A stretch of 35,825 nucleotides of DNA from a virus (taxonomy: Duplodnaviria; Caudoviricetes). Positions 1-9,648 of the stretch are shown here, piece after piece (positions within the stretch are counted from its first letter, which is position 1; the number at the start of each line of letters is the position of its first letter). A model generated the notes under the pieces. That model had not been told where the DNA came from. It saw only the letters and a program-made list of their open reading frames with translations, and did no database searches. The stretch covers positions 1 through 35,825 of IMG/VR virus record IMGVR_UViG_3300021961_005413, one strand, 5' to 3'. The translations under genes and the position numbers were made by a program.

Positions 1-101
1 ACTTTCTTTTTAACGTCTTTAACGTCATCTGAATAAGCAATCGAAGCAAGTTTAGCGAACAATAATGATTTGTCTTTAAAAGAAAGGTCTGAAATTGCCA
101 T
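1..101 (-). CDS. 5' part of a gene running off the window (MAISDLSFKDKSLLFAKLASIAYSDD...), possibly lipase class 3-like
   Basis: ATG at 99-101 with GGGAGA upstream; frame open to window start; 'FAKLASIAY' resembles N-termini of lipase_3-like proteins (weak). Confidence 0.45.
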   Translation of the reverse strand, partial: MAISDLSFKDKSLLFAKLASIAYSDDVKDVKKK

Positions 102-145
102 AACTAGTCTCCCAAAAATTAAGTAAACTTAAGTAAGACTATTTA

Positions 146-334
146 TCATTCATCATTTTCAATTGCTTTTTCTTTTAAATGCCATAGATAATCTGAAATA
201 AAAATGATTAAGGCCAGAGCTAGAGGTTTAACGAACAGACCGAAAATAAAAGGTATGCCACAAAATAACATAAGTGACTTTAACATATATTTCGAATAGT
301 CATTTACACGATCTGGCCTTATTGGTTTTATCAT
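146..334 (-). CDS. small membrane protein
   Basis: 62-aa ORF with two hydrophobic stretches, abutting the upstream gene. Confidence 0.65.
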   Translation of the reverse strand: MIKPIRPDRVNDYSKYMLKSLMLFCGIPFIFGLFVKPLALALIIFISDYLWHLKEKAIENDE

Positions 335-631
335 TTATTTCTTCGACGACCGCGACTTTCTTTCTAATTTTTTAATTCTGTCTTCTAGTTCATCAATTTT
401 TTTGGTGATTTTTGGATACTTCTTTCTCCAAGAATCTTCTGGTTGTTCGAGCCAAGTCCATCCAAATTTAGCAACCAGTGTGTCTAAGAACTTATCTAAC
501 TGTGCATAAGCCCATAGACCCGCTTTGGTATCTTTGAAGTATGCCAAAAACGCAGCGCCTGCTAATGAACCTAGTATAGCTGTCCAGATCCACAATGTGT
601 CACCGAATAATCTGTCGATCATATCCCACAT
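335..631 (-). CDS. hypothetical membrane protein (N-terminal TM helix, basic coiled-coil tail)
   Basis: GGAG RBS; TM segment LWIWTAILGSLAGAAFLAYF. Confidence 0.75.
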   Translation of the reverse strand: MWDMIDRLFGDTLWIWTAILGSLAGAAFLAYFKDTKAGLWAYAQLDKFLDTLVAKFGWTWLEQPEDSWRKKYPKITKKIDELEDRIKKLERKSRSSKK

Positions 632-642
632 AGGTTTACTCC

Positions 643-1386
643 TTAATTGTGACTATATTGAACCCATCCAGTCAATACATATTTAGTGTTACTAATCGGT
701 GGATTACCTCGGTGTACATGCGTATAACCAGCAGGCCATACAATAAGTCTACCAGCTCTTGGAGATATTCTGCCAGGATAATAAAGAAATTCTGTCTCGC
801 CTCCTTCATGTACATCATTTAAATATAACATAAAAACAGCACATCGATCATCATATGCTAGTCCCAGGTCTTCAGTATGCCAAACATGATATCCTTGACC
901 AATGTGTGTTCTTTGATATTTTAAGTGTCGAATGGTTACTCCTGTTTCTGTCAAAATAGGATAACGAGCCGTGTAATCTTGCCAAACATAATTAAAAAAT
1001 TGATCTAAAAAGAAATTAGCAGTACTAAAGGTTCTTCCCATATCTATTTCAAGAGGCGGTGCCATATCTCCTTCGCCAGTATCATTACGCATACGATCAT
1101 CTATATTTTGCTGAAGTAAATTTTCTTGAAACATATTAAAATCGTCTTTCAAGTGTTTTGAAACACCGTCGTGTTGCTGACGATTCATACCAAGTCCGTG
1201 TCTTTCATATTCATCAAATTCTGTAATAGTTCTCCTGCAATCTTCAATCGACATAAAATCATCATATATTCCTATAAAATGATCCATTAAAGCAAGATTG
1301 TCTTTTTTACCCATTACAGTAAGATTTAAATTTTGTTCATCAAAAACAAGTTCTTTAACTTCTGATATTGTATAATCTTCTTCCAT
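643..1386 (-). CDS. 2OG-Fe(II) oxygenase (prolyl-hydroxylase-like)
   Basis: YHVWHTE (HxE), MLYLNDV..GGETEF, WPAGYTHVHRG, KYVLTGW motifs. Confidence 0.92.
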   Translation of the reverse strand: MEEDYTISEVKELVFDEQNLNLTVMGKKDNLALMDHFIGIYDDFMSIEDCRRTITEFDEYERHGLGMNRQQHDGVSKHLKDDFNMFQENLLQQNIDDRMRNDTGEGDMAPPLEIDMGRTFSTANFFLDQFFNYVWQDYTARYPILTETGVTIRHLKYQRTHIGQGYHVWHTEDLGLAYDDRCAVFMLYLNDVHEGGETEFLYYPGRISPRAGRLIVWPAGYTHVHRGNPPISNTKYVLTGWVQYSHN

Positions 1387-1590
1387 TTATTTCTTCCCAA
1401 TAGATCGCCGTTTTTGTTTTTGCAATAATCTCTTAGCACGAAGACGCTCTTTAGCATCCTTCTGCTCTTTATATATCTGTGTTTTGGCTATCACTTTTGT
1501 TTCTCTACGGCGACTTCTTGCTGTCTTGTCTCTCATCATACGATCAGCAAGTGATTCTTTTTCAAATAAAGGTAAAGATTCTTCTAACAA
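1387..1590 (-). CDS. basic hypothetical protein
   Basis: 67-aa ORF, AGGAG RBS, tightly packed with neighbours. Confidence 0.7.
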   Translation of the reverse strand: MLEESLPLFEKESLADRMMRDKTARSRRRETKVIAKTQIYKEQKDAKERLRAKRLLQKQKRRSIGKK

Positions 1591-1769
1591 GTTACATCTC
1601 CTTTATGTTCTACAACATGCCATCTTTTATGGCCACGACGATATTCTTCTGCTGCTTCTTCAGTATCAAATGTAAGAAGTTCACCATCTTTTTTTAGATA
1701 GTCTTTATCATAAAAGATACCTTCTTTTTCACCAATAAGATACATTATTTTATATTTCATTGTCAACAC
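1584..1769 (-). CDS. hypothetical protein
   Basis: ORF overlapping neighbours; true start may be ATG at 1760. Confidence 0.6.
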   Translation of the reverse strand: MLTMKYKIMYLIGEKEGIFYDKDYLKKDGELLTFDTEEAAEEYRRGHKRWHVVEHKGDVTC

Positions 1770-1987
1770 CCTTGATGTAGTATTTGAGCATCCCTATAAG
1801 CTTGCCAGTAAGCTTGCATATACTCTTCTTTTGCTATTTCTGCAAGTCTCATCTTACTACATTCAACCCACCTTCTAATGGTGGCGTTATTTCTATATTC
1901 TGGAGTTAAATCAAACCTGCCAACGACATATTCACAGGTTTCTTTTCTTTGTCCATGTGGTGATAGATATTTTTCCCATTCCGCCAT
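1763..1987 (-). CDS. hypothetical protein
   Basis: 74-aa ORF with AAGGA RBS. Confidence 0.7.
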   Translation of the reverse strand: MAEWEKYLSPHGQRKETCEYVVGRFDLTPEYRNNATIRRWVECSKMRLAEIAKEEYMQAYWQAYRDAQILHQGC

Positions 1988-2001
1988 TGTTGATTTCCTT
2001 T

Positions 2002-2091
2002 TCAGTTTAAGGAATTGAGTGCATCAGCAAACTCCATTCCTGCAAGAAATGCGGCCGCCATTAAAGAAAATATTACAATTGTAAGTTTCAT
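2002..2091 (-). CDS. 29-aa hydrophobic peptide (MKLTIVIFSLMAAAFLAGMEFADALNSLN)
   Basis: Translated by hand; TGATG stop/start coupling with the upstream gene and fills the gap. Confidence 0.5.
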   Translation of the reverse strand: MKLTIVIFSLMAAAFLAGMEFADALNSLN

Positions 2092-2338
2092 CATCGCCTC
2101 ATTTCTGAATATGTAGTCTTATCATGAATAACTATTTCACTATCAGTTTCAATCCAAAGTTTAGCGCCACATTTTCTTGGCTTGTCTGGACTATAAACCA
2201 TCTTGCTAGGCCCAAGAATATCTACAGCACTGCCATACCAAGTTTGACCATTTTCTTCTACACGACACACAGGCAACGTTCTACCATGTTTGTCATTAGA
2301 TTGTTTCAGATTTTTATTAATATGGATAATGGTCTTCG

Positions 2339-2342
<4 letters not shown>
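2091..2342 (-). CDS. conserved phage hypothetical protein
   Basis: IIHINK...GPSKMVYSPDKP..CGAKLWIET pattern typical of a phage small-protein family; ATGA overlap. Confidence 0.75.
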
Positions 2343-2722
<380 letters not shown>

Positions 2723-2825
2723 TAATCCACTCCCATATTGTACCGATATCAAGATTATCGACGGCTTCAGAGAATCTAGGATCTCTTAACCATCTTTCGT
2801 ATTCTAAATCAACAATCTTCATTTG

Positions 2826-3035
2826 TCAAGAAGGATTTTTCATCATTTCTTCGAATGCTCGAAAAAAACTAGAAGGATCGATTTCTTTGCGTTTGTCTCT
2901 ATAGACGCAAAATGCCTGTACTTGTGGTTGTTTCAACATACTTTCTCGTGCAACCATACAAGAGTCCATTGTGTCATAGGTAGCTTGACTTAAAAGATTG
3001 CTACCTAGATATGTGATTAAAATAATAGTTTTCAT
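2826..3035 (-). CDS. small hypothetical protein, possibly exported (two Cys)
   Basis: AGGA RBS; hydrophobic N-terminus. Confidence 0.65.
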   Translation of the reverse strand: MKTIILITYLGSNLLSQATYDTMDSCMVARESMLKQPQVQAFCVYRDKRKEIDPSSFFRAFEEMMKNPS

Positions 3036-3051
3036 TGAACCATCCTATGGG

Positions 3052-3154
3052 AAAGATATTCAGTGGCACTATGCCCTAGATCGTTATGGTCGCCAGTTAT
3101 CTTAAAAGATATTCAGTGGCAGTATGCCCTAGACCATTTAATCTCCAGTTATCT
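3052..3154 (-). repeat. two tandem ~50-nt intergenic direct repeats with potential three-way-junction RNA fold
   Basis: Units 3052-3102 and 3105-3154; minus-strand consensus AGATAACTGG-N11/12-TCTAGGGCATASTGCCACTGAATATCT. Confidence 0.85.
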
Positions 3155-3164
3155 CGCCTCAAAA

Positions 3165-3386
3165 TTACTTAGAAGCGCGGATTAGGCGTTGAACATCGGC
3201 GTCTTTGTAGTCGCCAGTAGAAGCCCAATTACGAAACGCTGAACATTCGGTGTAGTTGGCAGCGCAAGTAGCTGCAAGAGGACAACCATCACAAGGAATG
3301 TCACGCTTGTTTTCAGGGGTCATTGTGTCGACCTCAACAGAAGCACGTTTGTATTCAAAACCTGTGAATTGGTATTCGGTATTCAT
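3165..3386 (-). CDS. small Cys-rich early protein (CxxC-x5-C-x6-C)
   Basis: Start moved to MNTEYQF because the longer ORF overlaps the promoter. Confidence 0.75.
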   Translation of the reverse strand: MNTEYQFTGFEYKRASVEVDTMTPENKRDIPCDGCPLAATCAANYTECSAFRNWASTGDYKDADVQRLIRASK

Positions 3387-3423
3387 TTCGATTCGCTTTC
3401 TTTCTTTCATCAATTTATGGTGC

Positions 3424-3452
3424 ATCCTAACAAAAAAAGGACCATAAGTCAA
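3424..3452 (-). promoter_or_regulatory. sigma70-type early promoter
   Basis: TTGACT-17 bp-TAGGAT with upstream A/T tracts. Confidence 0.8.
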
Positions 3453-3490
3453 CAAAAAACGGCATTTATTTTAAAAATAAAATCCAACGA

Positions 3491-3503
3491 AATCAAAGAT
3501 TTA
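3491..3503. promoter_or_regulatory. IHF consensus site
   Basis: AATCAA-AGAT-TTA matches WATCAANNNNTTR, about 40 bp upstream of the -35. Confidence 0.55.
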
Positions 3504-3539
3504 TAAATTTTTTTCAAAAAACATGCTTTTGTGGCATTT

Positions 3540-3857
3540 TTACAACACCTTATCAGGCTCTTTTCCGTTGGTTTTTCCAATGGAAATGATGCAGGCCAAC
3601 CCATTTGCGAAGAATTCCACTACGGAAAACGAATCGGGTCCTTCGAAAACGGTGACGGCTATTGTATTATCTTCTGACAAACCTATTACATCTTTTTGCG
3701 ATTCGCCAAATGTTTCTTCCAATTCTTTGATTACAAAATCAGCATTAGAACACATAATCGGTTTCATTGTATCTACAAATTCTGGTGGACCGTGATCGGC
3801 CTGTGCAATACATGGTAAAATCGCTAAAATAAAGGTTACCATTAAGATTCTGTGCAA
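3540..3857 (-). CDS. secreted hypothetical protein
   Basis: Signal-peptide-like N-terminus ending in AQA; GAGGAG RBS. Confidence 0.75.
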   Translation of the reverse strand: MHRILMVTFILAILPCIAQADHGPPEFVDTMKPIMCSNADFVIKELEETFGESQKDVIGLSEDNTIAVTVFEGPDSFSVVEFFANGLACIISIGKTNGKEPDKVL

Positions 3858-4525
3858 TTTTTTAACTCCTCATATCTTTTTCGTATTTCGATGAAGTTAT
3901 GGATATGATCATCCCGTTTTTCAACGAAAACTTGTGGTTCTGACCCATCGACGGAAATTATGACCACTATTTGAGATACTGGAATTGTTGTCAGTTCTTC
4001 GTACATAACCGCATACGCGGATGTTTGCATAAAGTAATTTGAAATCCACTCTTTTCGTTTCATCTTTCTAGATGTTTTAAAATCTATAACAGATAATTTA
4101 CCGTCAAATTCTGCCAAGCAATCTACTCTACCAGCTGTTTTCAAGTAGTTTGAGTATAGAGGTTCTTCTTGACAGTGTATATTATTTATGTGGGAGTCTA
4201 AAATATTTTGAATACATTTAAAGGAAAATATGTTAGTAGGCATCTGACCCTTTGCATAATCAGGATCATTGTTAAGATATCTTTCACAGATAAGATGTAC
4301 AGACTCACCACGATTCGAAGCTTGTACTAAAATCTTATTTGCTTCTTCTTCGCCTATTCTTTCTCGCCACTGTTTAATACCTTCTTCTTTGTCCGAATCG
4401 GCAGATAAAACAGTAGTGACGGAAGGATACCATTCCCCTTTAGGAGATTGATAAAACCTTCCGCCATCTGCATATTTAACTGGCAAGTCTTTAAAGATTG
4501 CCTTTGGTGTATGATTAAAGATCAA
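3842..4525 (-). CDS. PD-(D/E)xK exonuclease of T4-like phages
   Basis: YPSVTTVL, RGESVH, AGRVDCLAEFDGKLSVIDFKTS, YFMQTSAYA. Confidence 0.9.
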   Translation of the reverse strand: MIFNHTPKAIFKDLPVKYADGGRFYQSPKGEWYPSVTTVLSADSDKEEGIKQWRERIGEEEANKILVQASNRGESVHLICERYLNNDPDYAKGQMPTNIFSFKCIQNILDSHINNIHCQEEPLYSNYLKTAGRVDCLAEFDGKLSVIDFKTSRKMKRKEWISNYFMQTSAYAVMYEELTTIPVSQIVVIISVDGSEPQVFVEKRDDHIHNFIEIRKRYEELKNCTES

Positions 4526-5277
4526 AAGTCCATTCCAAGTTTGTGTCGTTCAATAATATAAGATTTAACAATTTGACTTCTTACAATGTCATCTTGTGTG
4601 AAGTCGATAAAGTCAAACTCTTTCATATTTTCTATGATTCGCATAAAATCACGCAAACCACTATACTCTTTTTTTCGTTCACTTGTCAAGTCATCCTGGT
4701 TAATATCACCAGAAAAGACTATCTTACAGTTCTCGCCAATGCGTGTCATGATACTGTGTAATTCCATAGAATTCATGTTCTGCATTTCATCTACGATTAC
4801 AATACAATCATCTAAAGTAATACCTCGAATAAAAGATGTAGAAATAAACTCTAATATGTTTTTTGTTTTTAAAACATCATAGGCATCACCACGACCATAC
4901 AACTTATTACATATGTCATAATATGGTGTTTCGTATATCTTTGTCTTTTCTTTTGCATTACCTGGTAGAAATCCCATATCTCTTGAAGGAACTACCGATC
5001 TTACGATGTATACTTTTTTATATAAATTTACTTTTTGAATCAAGTCTAATGCGAGATATAAAGCTATAAATGTTTTTCCTGTGCCAGCAAATCCGTGGAG
5101 AAACAAATTATATCCTTCATCGAAGGATTCAAAAGCATCAATTTGTGCTTGTGTTAAAGGTTGTATTTTTTTTAATTTAAAATTGTTTGACTGTATGTTA
5201 CCCGATTTGTCTATTACCCTTTCTTGGCGAAGTATTCTTTTTTGTTTTTTTGTTAGTCGTTCGGGGCTGGCAAGCAT
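4522..5277 (-). CDS. phoH: PhoH family ATPase
   Basis: GFAGTGKT Walker A, MGFLPG, FIRGITL, IVDEMQN, TRIGENCK, GDINQ. Confidence 0.95.
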   Translation of the reverse strand: MLASPERLTKKQKRILRQERVIDKSGNIQSNNFKLKKIQPLTQAQIDAFESFDEGYNLFLHGFAGTGKTFIALYLALDLIQKVNLYKKVYIVRSVVPSRDMGFLPGNAKEKTKIYETPYYDICNKLYGRGDAYDVLKTKNILEFISTSFIRGITLDDCIVIVDEMQNMNSMELHSIMTRIGENCKIVFSGDINQDDLTSERKKEYSGLRDFMRIIENMKEFDFIDFTQDDIVRSQIVKSYIIERHKLGMDF

Positions 5278-5285
5278 GTTGTCTC

Positions 5286-5525
5286 CTATTTCGTTTCTAT
5301 AGTGGACCCCCTGTTTGCTTTCTTGATGCCATTTAAAACATCATTAAATCCATTATCAATTCTACCAGTCACAGAGCCGACACCAGAAACAATCATGGGA
5401 GCAGAAGGAATTATACGAAGTTGTCCCTTCTTCTCTAGTTGTTTAACTTCTTCGTATTTCATAAGAACATCTGAAACGGTACCTTTGTTTTTACCTTTCA
5501 GATATTCAACCGTGTAAGTTGGCAT
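5286..5525 (-). CDS. FmdB-like small protein lacking the zinc-ribbon cysteines
   Basis: MPTY start, APMIVSGVG and GFNDVL..IKK pattern; usual position upstream of phoH. Confidence 0.65.
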   Translation of the reverse strand: MPTYTVEYLKGKNKGTVSDVLMKYEEVKQLEKKGQLRIIPSAPMIVSGVGSVTGRIDNGFNDVLNGIKKANRGSTIETK

Positions 5526-5527
5526 GA

Positions 5528-5704
5528 TTAATGACTATCTCTTTCTTGAATTTGTTCATACATAGCGCGCTGTTTAGTTTCACGCTTCTGTTGAATCTGT
5601 TCATCTTTATTATATTTTCTATACTTTTTCTTCCTACGACTATTTTTGTCGTTGTACCCACCGTCGTCCCAGTAATTCTTTTCCTGGCGATATGTCTTGC
5701 CCAT
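5528..5704 (-). CDS. 58-aa basic hypothetical protein (MGKTYRQEKNYWDD...)
   Basis: Translated by hand; fills the gap between neighbours. Confidence 0.65.
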   Translation of the reverse strand: MGKTYRQEKNYWDDGGYNDKNSRRKKKYRKYNKDEQIQQKRETKQRAMYEQIQERDSH

Positions 5705-5706
5705 GG

Positions 5707-6141
5707 CTAAACACTTTTCTCCTGTTTTTTGATTGTAATAAGATTAGGAAAGGCTTCGTTAATCGTATCTGCTGTAAGACCTTTAATTTTCTTCTTGTCT
5801 TTCATATCAATAAGAAGTAGTGCATCGTCTTTATTGACAAGTTCTAAAAGTTCAATAAACAATTGTTCACGCTTCATAGGAAGAACAGGAGTACCCATGC
5901 CTTCATAGAAGTACGGAATGCGCTTTGTGTTGGTGTAAAGCATACCATGATCGTCTACTTGAGAAGATGGTGTGTAAGGAGGACTGCCTTCTGGTAATAG
6001 ACATTTAAGAGTTGGATCATACATTGCCTTTAAAACAGTCTTAAGTGCTCGTACATCGTGTTTCTTTAACCAAGATACCTTTTCGGACTTGGATTTCATT
6101 TTGGAAGCTTTGTTTAAAACTTCTGATATTGAAAGTTCCAT
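5707..6141 (-). CDS. conserved T4-like hypothetical protein (DUF6433-like)
   Basis: LPEGSPPY, KREQLFIELLE, AFPNL motifs; lies directly downstream of rnh. Confidence 0.8.
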   Translation of the reverse strand: MELSISEVLNKASKMKSKSEKVSWLKKHDVRALKTVLKAMYDPTLKCLLPEGSPPYTPSSQVDDHGMLYTNTKRIPYFYEGMGTPVLPMKREQLFIELLELVNKDDALLLIDMKDKKKIKGLTADTINEAFPNLITIKKQEKSV

Positions 6142-6143
6142 GA

Positions 6144-7004
6144 TTAAAATTCACCTATATTTTCTAACAGATTTTTCAGTTTGTTGTTCATAAAGAAGTT
6201 CATTAGATTGGATCTGCTGATCTTCTTTTCTTCGTTATATTTATCAATAACCTGTTCTTTGATTTTAACAGGAATTTTTGATAAATCAATCAACGCTTCG
6301 TTTCTTGTGTATCCGCGAATCGTTTCAGGATCGACCGATCCATTCTTCATGAATTCATCGATTCTTTTTTGCGTCAAAGGTTTTTGTCGTTTTGACATAA
6401 CAAAAACATCATCAGCACTTAACATATTAGGCACACCGTCGCCGATATCTCCTTTCATAATATGAACCTTGAGATAGTCCGAAGGATTGTCATGACGTAT
6501 CCACTTCTTACGAATAGGATCAAACTGACTTACATTTGCGTAGGTGTGTAATTGAATATAGTCTTTATCAGCTGATAGAATTAAAATCTTATCATCAGGA
6601 TCATCAGATGTTAACATCTTACCTTCGATATGACAAATCGTGCCGATGATATCATCAGCCTCTGCTGTATCAATCTGAATTACTTTGTAGGGAAAGAATT
6701 CTTTTAGTTCGTCACGAATCTTGTTTAGTACTCGGAATATTTCATTCCAATCAAGTTCTGACTTTTCACGATTCTTCTTACGACTGGCTTTATAATAAGG
6801 AAATACTTCCTTACGCCAGTAGTTCTTATCATCACAACAAATAACAAGCTCACCAAAATCTTTTTTGAACTTGTTTCTATAGTTTCGAATCGAGTTTAGA
6901 ACCATGTGACGAATTAGATTTTCGTCTAATTCGATGTTGTGATGGTTACCAATCTGAGCCATCAAATTGGATATCATCACTTGGTTTAAATCAATAAGTA
7001 TCAT
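6144..7004 (-). CDS. rnh: T4-type RNase H (5'-3' flap exonuclease)
   Basis: MILIDLNQ, YWRKEVFPYYKASRK, EADDII, SADKDYIQL, KGDIGDGVPN. Confidence 0.95.
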   Translation of the reverse strand: MILIDLNQVMISNLMAQIGNHHNIELDENLIRHMVLNSIRNYRNKFKKDFGELVICCDDKNYWRKEVFPYYKASRKKNREKSELDWNEIFRVLNKIRDELKEFFPYKVIQIDTAEADDIIGTICHIEGKMLTSDDPDDKILILSADKDYIQLHTYANVSQFDPIRKKWIRHDNPSDYLKVHIMKGDIGDGVPNMLSADDVFVMSKRQKPLTQKRIDEFMKNGSVDPETIRGYTRNEALIDLSKIPVKIKEQVIDKYNEEKKISRSNLMNFFMNNKLKNLLENIGEF

Positions 7005-7036
7005 TGCATTACTTTCATAATCATTTTATTTTTTAT

Positions 7037-7065
7037 ACCATAACACATTTGTGGATAATTGTCAA
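7037..7065 (-). promoter_or_regulatory. sigma70-type promoter for rnh with a DnaA-box sequence in the spacer
   Basis: TTGACA-17 bp-TATGGT; TTATCCACA at 7050-7058. Confidence 0.7.
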
Positions 7066-8000
7066 GAGTTTTTTATTGCCTCTAAAAATCCACACCACTC
7101 ATTCCTTCGATTCGCCCAATTATAATAGGCATCAGCATATGTCTTCTGTGCTCGTCCATTAAATGTTCTTTGACGAATCGTTTGAATTGCGTACACCAAA
7201 TTGTTGTAAAAAACATCAGCGTGTTTATTCATATCTTCTGTCCATTGATACATCTGTGTCATACCAGCACTGGTTTCTGGTAGTGCAGCATAGTTTGGAT
7301 GTACGCATAAACAACCAGCAGACATGGCCTCCATTAATGAGATACAAGAGGTTTCTTGCCAGATAGACGGATATGCAAAGATGTGAGAAACACCTAGTGC
7401 TAATCTAACTTCATCATTTGGCACTGAGCCATAATAGTTAACTTGTGGGTGTTCACGAAGTTTGTCGAATAATTCTTTATACGGTTCGTCTCTTTGCTCC
7501 CATCCATAGATTTTAAAAGAACTATAAACATCCAATTGAACTTTATCATCAGTCTTCGCAATAGCATCGAACACTGCATAAAGAACATTTAGACCTCGAT
7601 GCGGTGTCGTATGATAAATTATTTTGATAACATTATCATTTTTACCAATTTCACTAATAGGATTGATTGCATTTTTCAAAACAACCGAATGTGAATATGG
7701 TACGCCTAGATATGCGTTATACATCTGGAGTTGCCAGTTAGAAACAAATACGAGTTTATCATACTTCTTCCAACCACCATCTTTTAGATGTTGTACTTCT
7801 GGATCGCCTGGCAAATCATGTAGTACTAAAACTTTTTTCAAATCATTCCGTAGTTCTCTTGGCCTAGAATGAATAATCTGCACACCTTCAAGTAAATCTT
7901 GTGGAATAAGTTCGTGCATTCTTGTTGCCATGAGCTCAGTGCCGCCCATGGCATTTTGATTTGTTTCGTTACGAATTAATTCGCCGTTTGTTATTTCCAT
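7062..8000 (-). CDS. GT-B (family 4-like) glycosyltransferase
   Basis: MGGTE, FVSNWQ, TTPHRGL, YPSIWQETSCISLMEAMSAG; start moved to MEITNG. Confidence 0.9.
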   Translation of the reverse strand: MEITNGELIRNETNQNAMGGTELMATRMHELIPQDLLEGVQIIHSRPRELRNDLKKVLVLHDLPGDPEVQHLKDGGWKKYDKLVFVSNWQLQMYNAYLGVPYSHSVVLKNAINPISEIGKNDNVIKIIYHTTPHRGLNVLYAVFDAIAKTDDKVQLDVYSSFKIYGWEQRDEPYKELFDKLREHPQVNYYGSVPNDEVRLALGVSHIFAYPSIWQETSCISLMEAMSAGCLCVHPNYAALPETSAGMTQMYQWTEDMNKHADVFYNNLVYAIQTIRQRTFNGRAQKTYADAYYNWANRRNEWCGFLEAIKNS

Positions 8001-8001
8001 T

Positions 8002-8466
8002 TTAGCATACCGCAACCGCTTTAATTGAATCAATACGGAAAGAACGCCACGCTTCCTTTTCCATATCCCACACAGGTAAGACTTCTGTGTTAATCTTTTT
8101 GGTTTCTGTTGATTCGGTTTGACGTGCCTGACTAGGGATATGTTCATCCATAAGAGTGCAGGTCATCAGTCGTTCTGAACCATCAGCCTTAGTAAACACA
8201 ACTTGAATTATATTGTTTCTCGCCAAGAGCGAGATATCTTCACGATTATTCATACTTTTATTACTCCATTCTCTAGTAGAATCATTTCTATGTACTCTTT
8301 TGCCTGGACTGCCCCAGCGCCAAGGTTTACGATATACTGAAAGCCGTAAACATTCATCACAAATACACTCGTTTGGAAACTCTTGGTTAGCACCTCTTCC
8401 AAAAGGATAGACGAACGGTTTATCATTCGTCAATATCTTTGAAAAAAGAGTTTCAAAACTTTTCAT
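8002..8466 (-). CDS. WYL_2/SH3-like domain protein (domain in the C-terminal ~83 aa; alternative start at 8253)
   Basis: VVFTKADGSERLMTCTL...VWDMEKEAWRSFR. Confidence 0.75.
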   Translation of the reverse strand: MKSFETLFSKILTNDKPFVYPFGRGANQEFPNECICDECLRLSVYRKPWRWGSPGKRVHRNDSTREWSNKSMNNREDISLLARNNIIQVVFTKADGSERLMTCTLMDEHIPSQARQTESTETKKINTEVLPVWDMEKEAWRSFRIDSIKAVAVC

Positions 8467-8747
8467 TCATCGCCATCCCCTGCTTTGGCATTCATGAGAT
8501 AACGTTTTGGACTACCCCAAAGTTCATTTGCTGACACACGCATAAAAGGACGATTCGTTTTCTTAGCCGTATTTTCTACAACCAGTACAACATTCTTTCC
8601 TGCACGCCAGGCTCTCAATTGATTAATTCGCCTTGCAAGTGTATTTTCCATATACTCTCGACGACGTTCTTTTGTAATCGCTCTATTGGTGCCAACTTCT
8701 CCTTTAGAGACATACTTATTACCTTTACTCTTTTTGCCTTTTGCCAT
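8463..8747 (-). CDS. conserved basic hypothetical protein
   Basis: GGAGG RBS; 94-aa ORF. Confidence 0.8.
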   Translation of the reverse strand: MAKGKKSKGNKYVSKGEVGTNRAITKERRREYMENTLARRINQLRAWRAGKNVVLVVENTAKKTNRPFMRVSANELWGSPKRYLMNAKAGDGDE

Positions 8748-8761
8748 ATTATATTCCTCCG

Positions 8762-9403
8762 TTAATCATGCCAACCATAAACAAAAATACTATCCATTCT
8801 TCCTCTGGACGCTCTTTTGTAATTTAGTTTTTCTAAAAAAGAAGCCCCTCGATTCGCTTCTGTTACAACAACTGGTTTAAACTTTCTTATTGTTTCAACA
8901 GCGCCTTCTAGGGCTTTCTCTTCATATCCCTCTATATCTAGGTGTATCAAATCACAGTGTTCTAAAGTCATATCATCAATACGATACATTTGTACATCGC
9001 CTGGTGCATCTTTGATTTTATGTGTACCTACATTATTTTTGTTGGTATTTTGAATAGTAAACTTTTCTGTTGTATTACCCAAACCACCTTTGGTCTTTAC
9101 ATAACCATCACCAACACAATTTCTATCTAAACAATAAAAGTTCAATTCGTCTGGTTCGAACGTGTAAACCTTTTCAAAATAATTTTTATAGAAACGAGCG
9201 TACATACCACAGTTACCGCCAGCCTGTATCACCGCTTTAAATTGTTTTACATGATCCATAAACAAATGATGATCGGCGATCCAATCAAACAAAGGTCCGT
9301 CTCTTTCATTACCAAAAGCACCACTATCACTAGTGACCCAGAGTAATTCATCAACGCCTTCATGGCCACATTTTCGATATGATGTAAGTTCTTCAAAATT
9401 CAT
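8762..9403 (-). CDS. FkbM family methyltransferase
   Basis: IQAGGNCG, VYTFEPD, DLIHLDIEGYE..AL.GA. Confidence 0.9.
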   Translation of the reverse strand: MNFEELTSYRKCGHEGVDELLWVTSDSGAFGNERDGPLFDWIADHHLFMDHVKQFKAVIQAGGNCGMYARFYKNYFEKVYTFEPDELNFYCLDRNCVGDGYVKTKGGLGNTTEKFTIQNTNKNNVGTHKIKDAPGDVQMYRIDDMTLEHCDLIHLDIEGYEEKALEGAVETIRKFKPVVVTEANRGASFLEKLNYKRASRGRMDSIFVYGWHD

Positions 9404-9405
9404 TT

Positions 9406-9648
9406 TTATTTTACCTTGTTTGTTTCGAATATCCACAGTTTATGCAGAACATAAAACCATACGCCATTGATGCAAGGCTCTATAATTGCGTCTACTGCTG
9501 CTAATGTAAACTCTGCACCTGTAATTAAATTGTTGCAGATCATGGCAATGATAATGTGTCCTATGGTGTAAACAATCGCAAGTAGAACACTACTACCACC
9601 TATAATGCGTTTGAGAAGTCTGAATATACCAAGTCTGAATTCACTCAC
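9406..9648 (-). CDS. DUF2061-like membrane protein
   Basis: YTIGHIIIA...DAIIEPCINGVWFYVLHKLW; hydrophobic. Confidence 0.7.
   Translation of the reverse strand: MSEFRLGIFRLLKRIIGGSSVLLAIVYTIGHIIIAMICNNLITGAEFTLAAVDAIIEPCINGVWFYVLHKLWIFETNKVK

Noticed and set aside
3052-3154. Hammerhead ribozyme or cobalamin riboswitch (CUGA, GCCACUG motifs)
   Set aside because: There is no CUGAnGA/GAAA core, and the unit is too short and lacks the other B12-element motifs.
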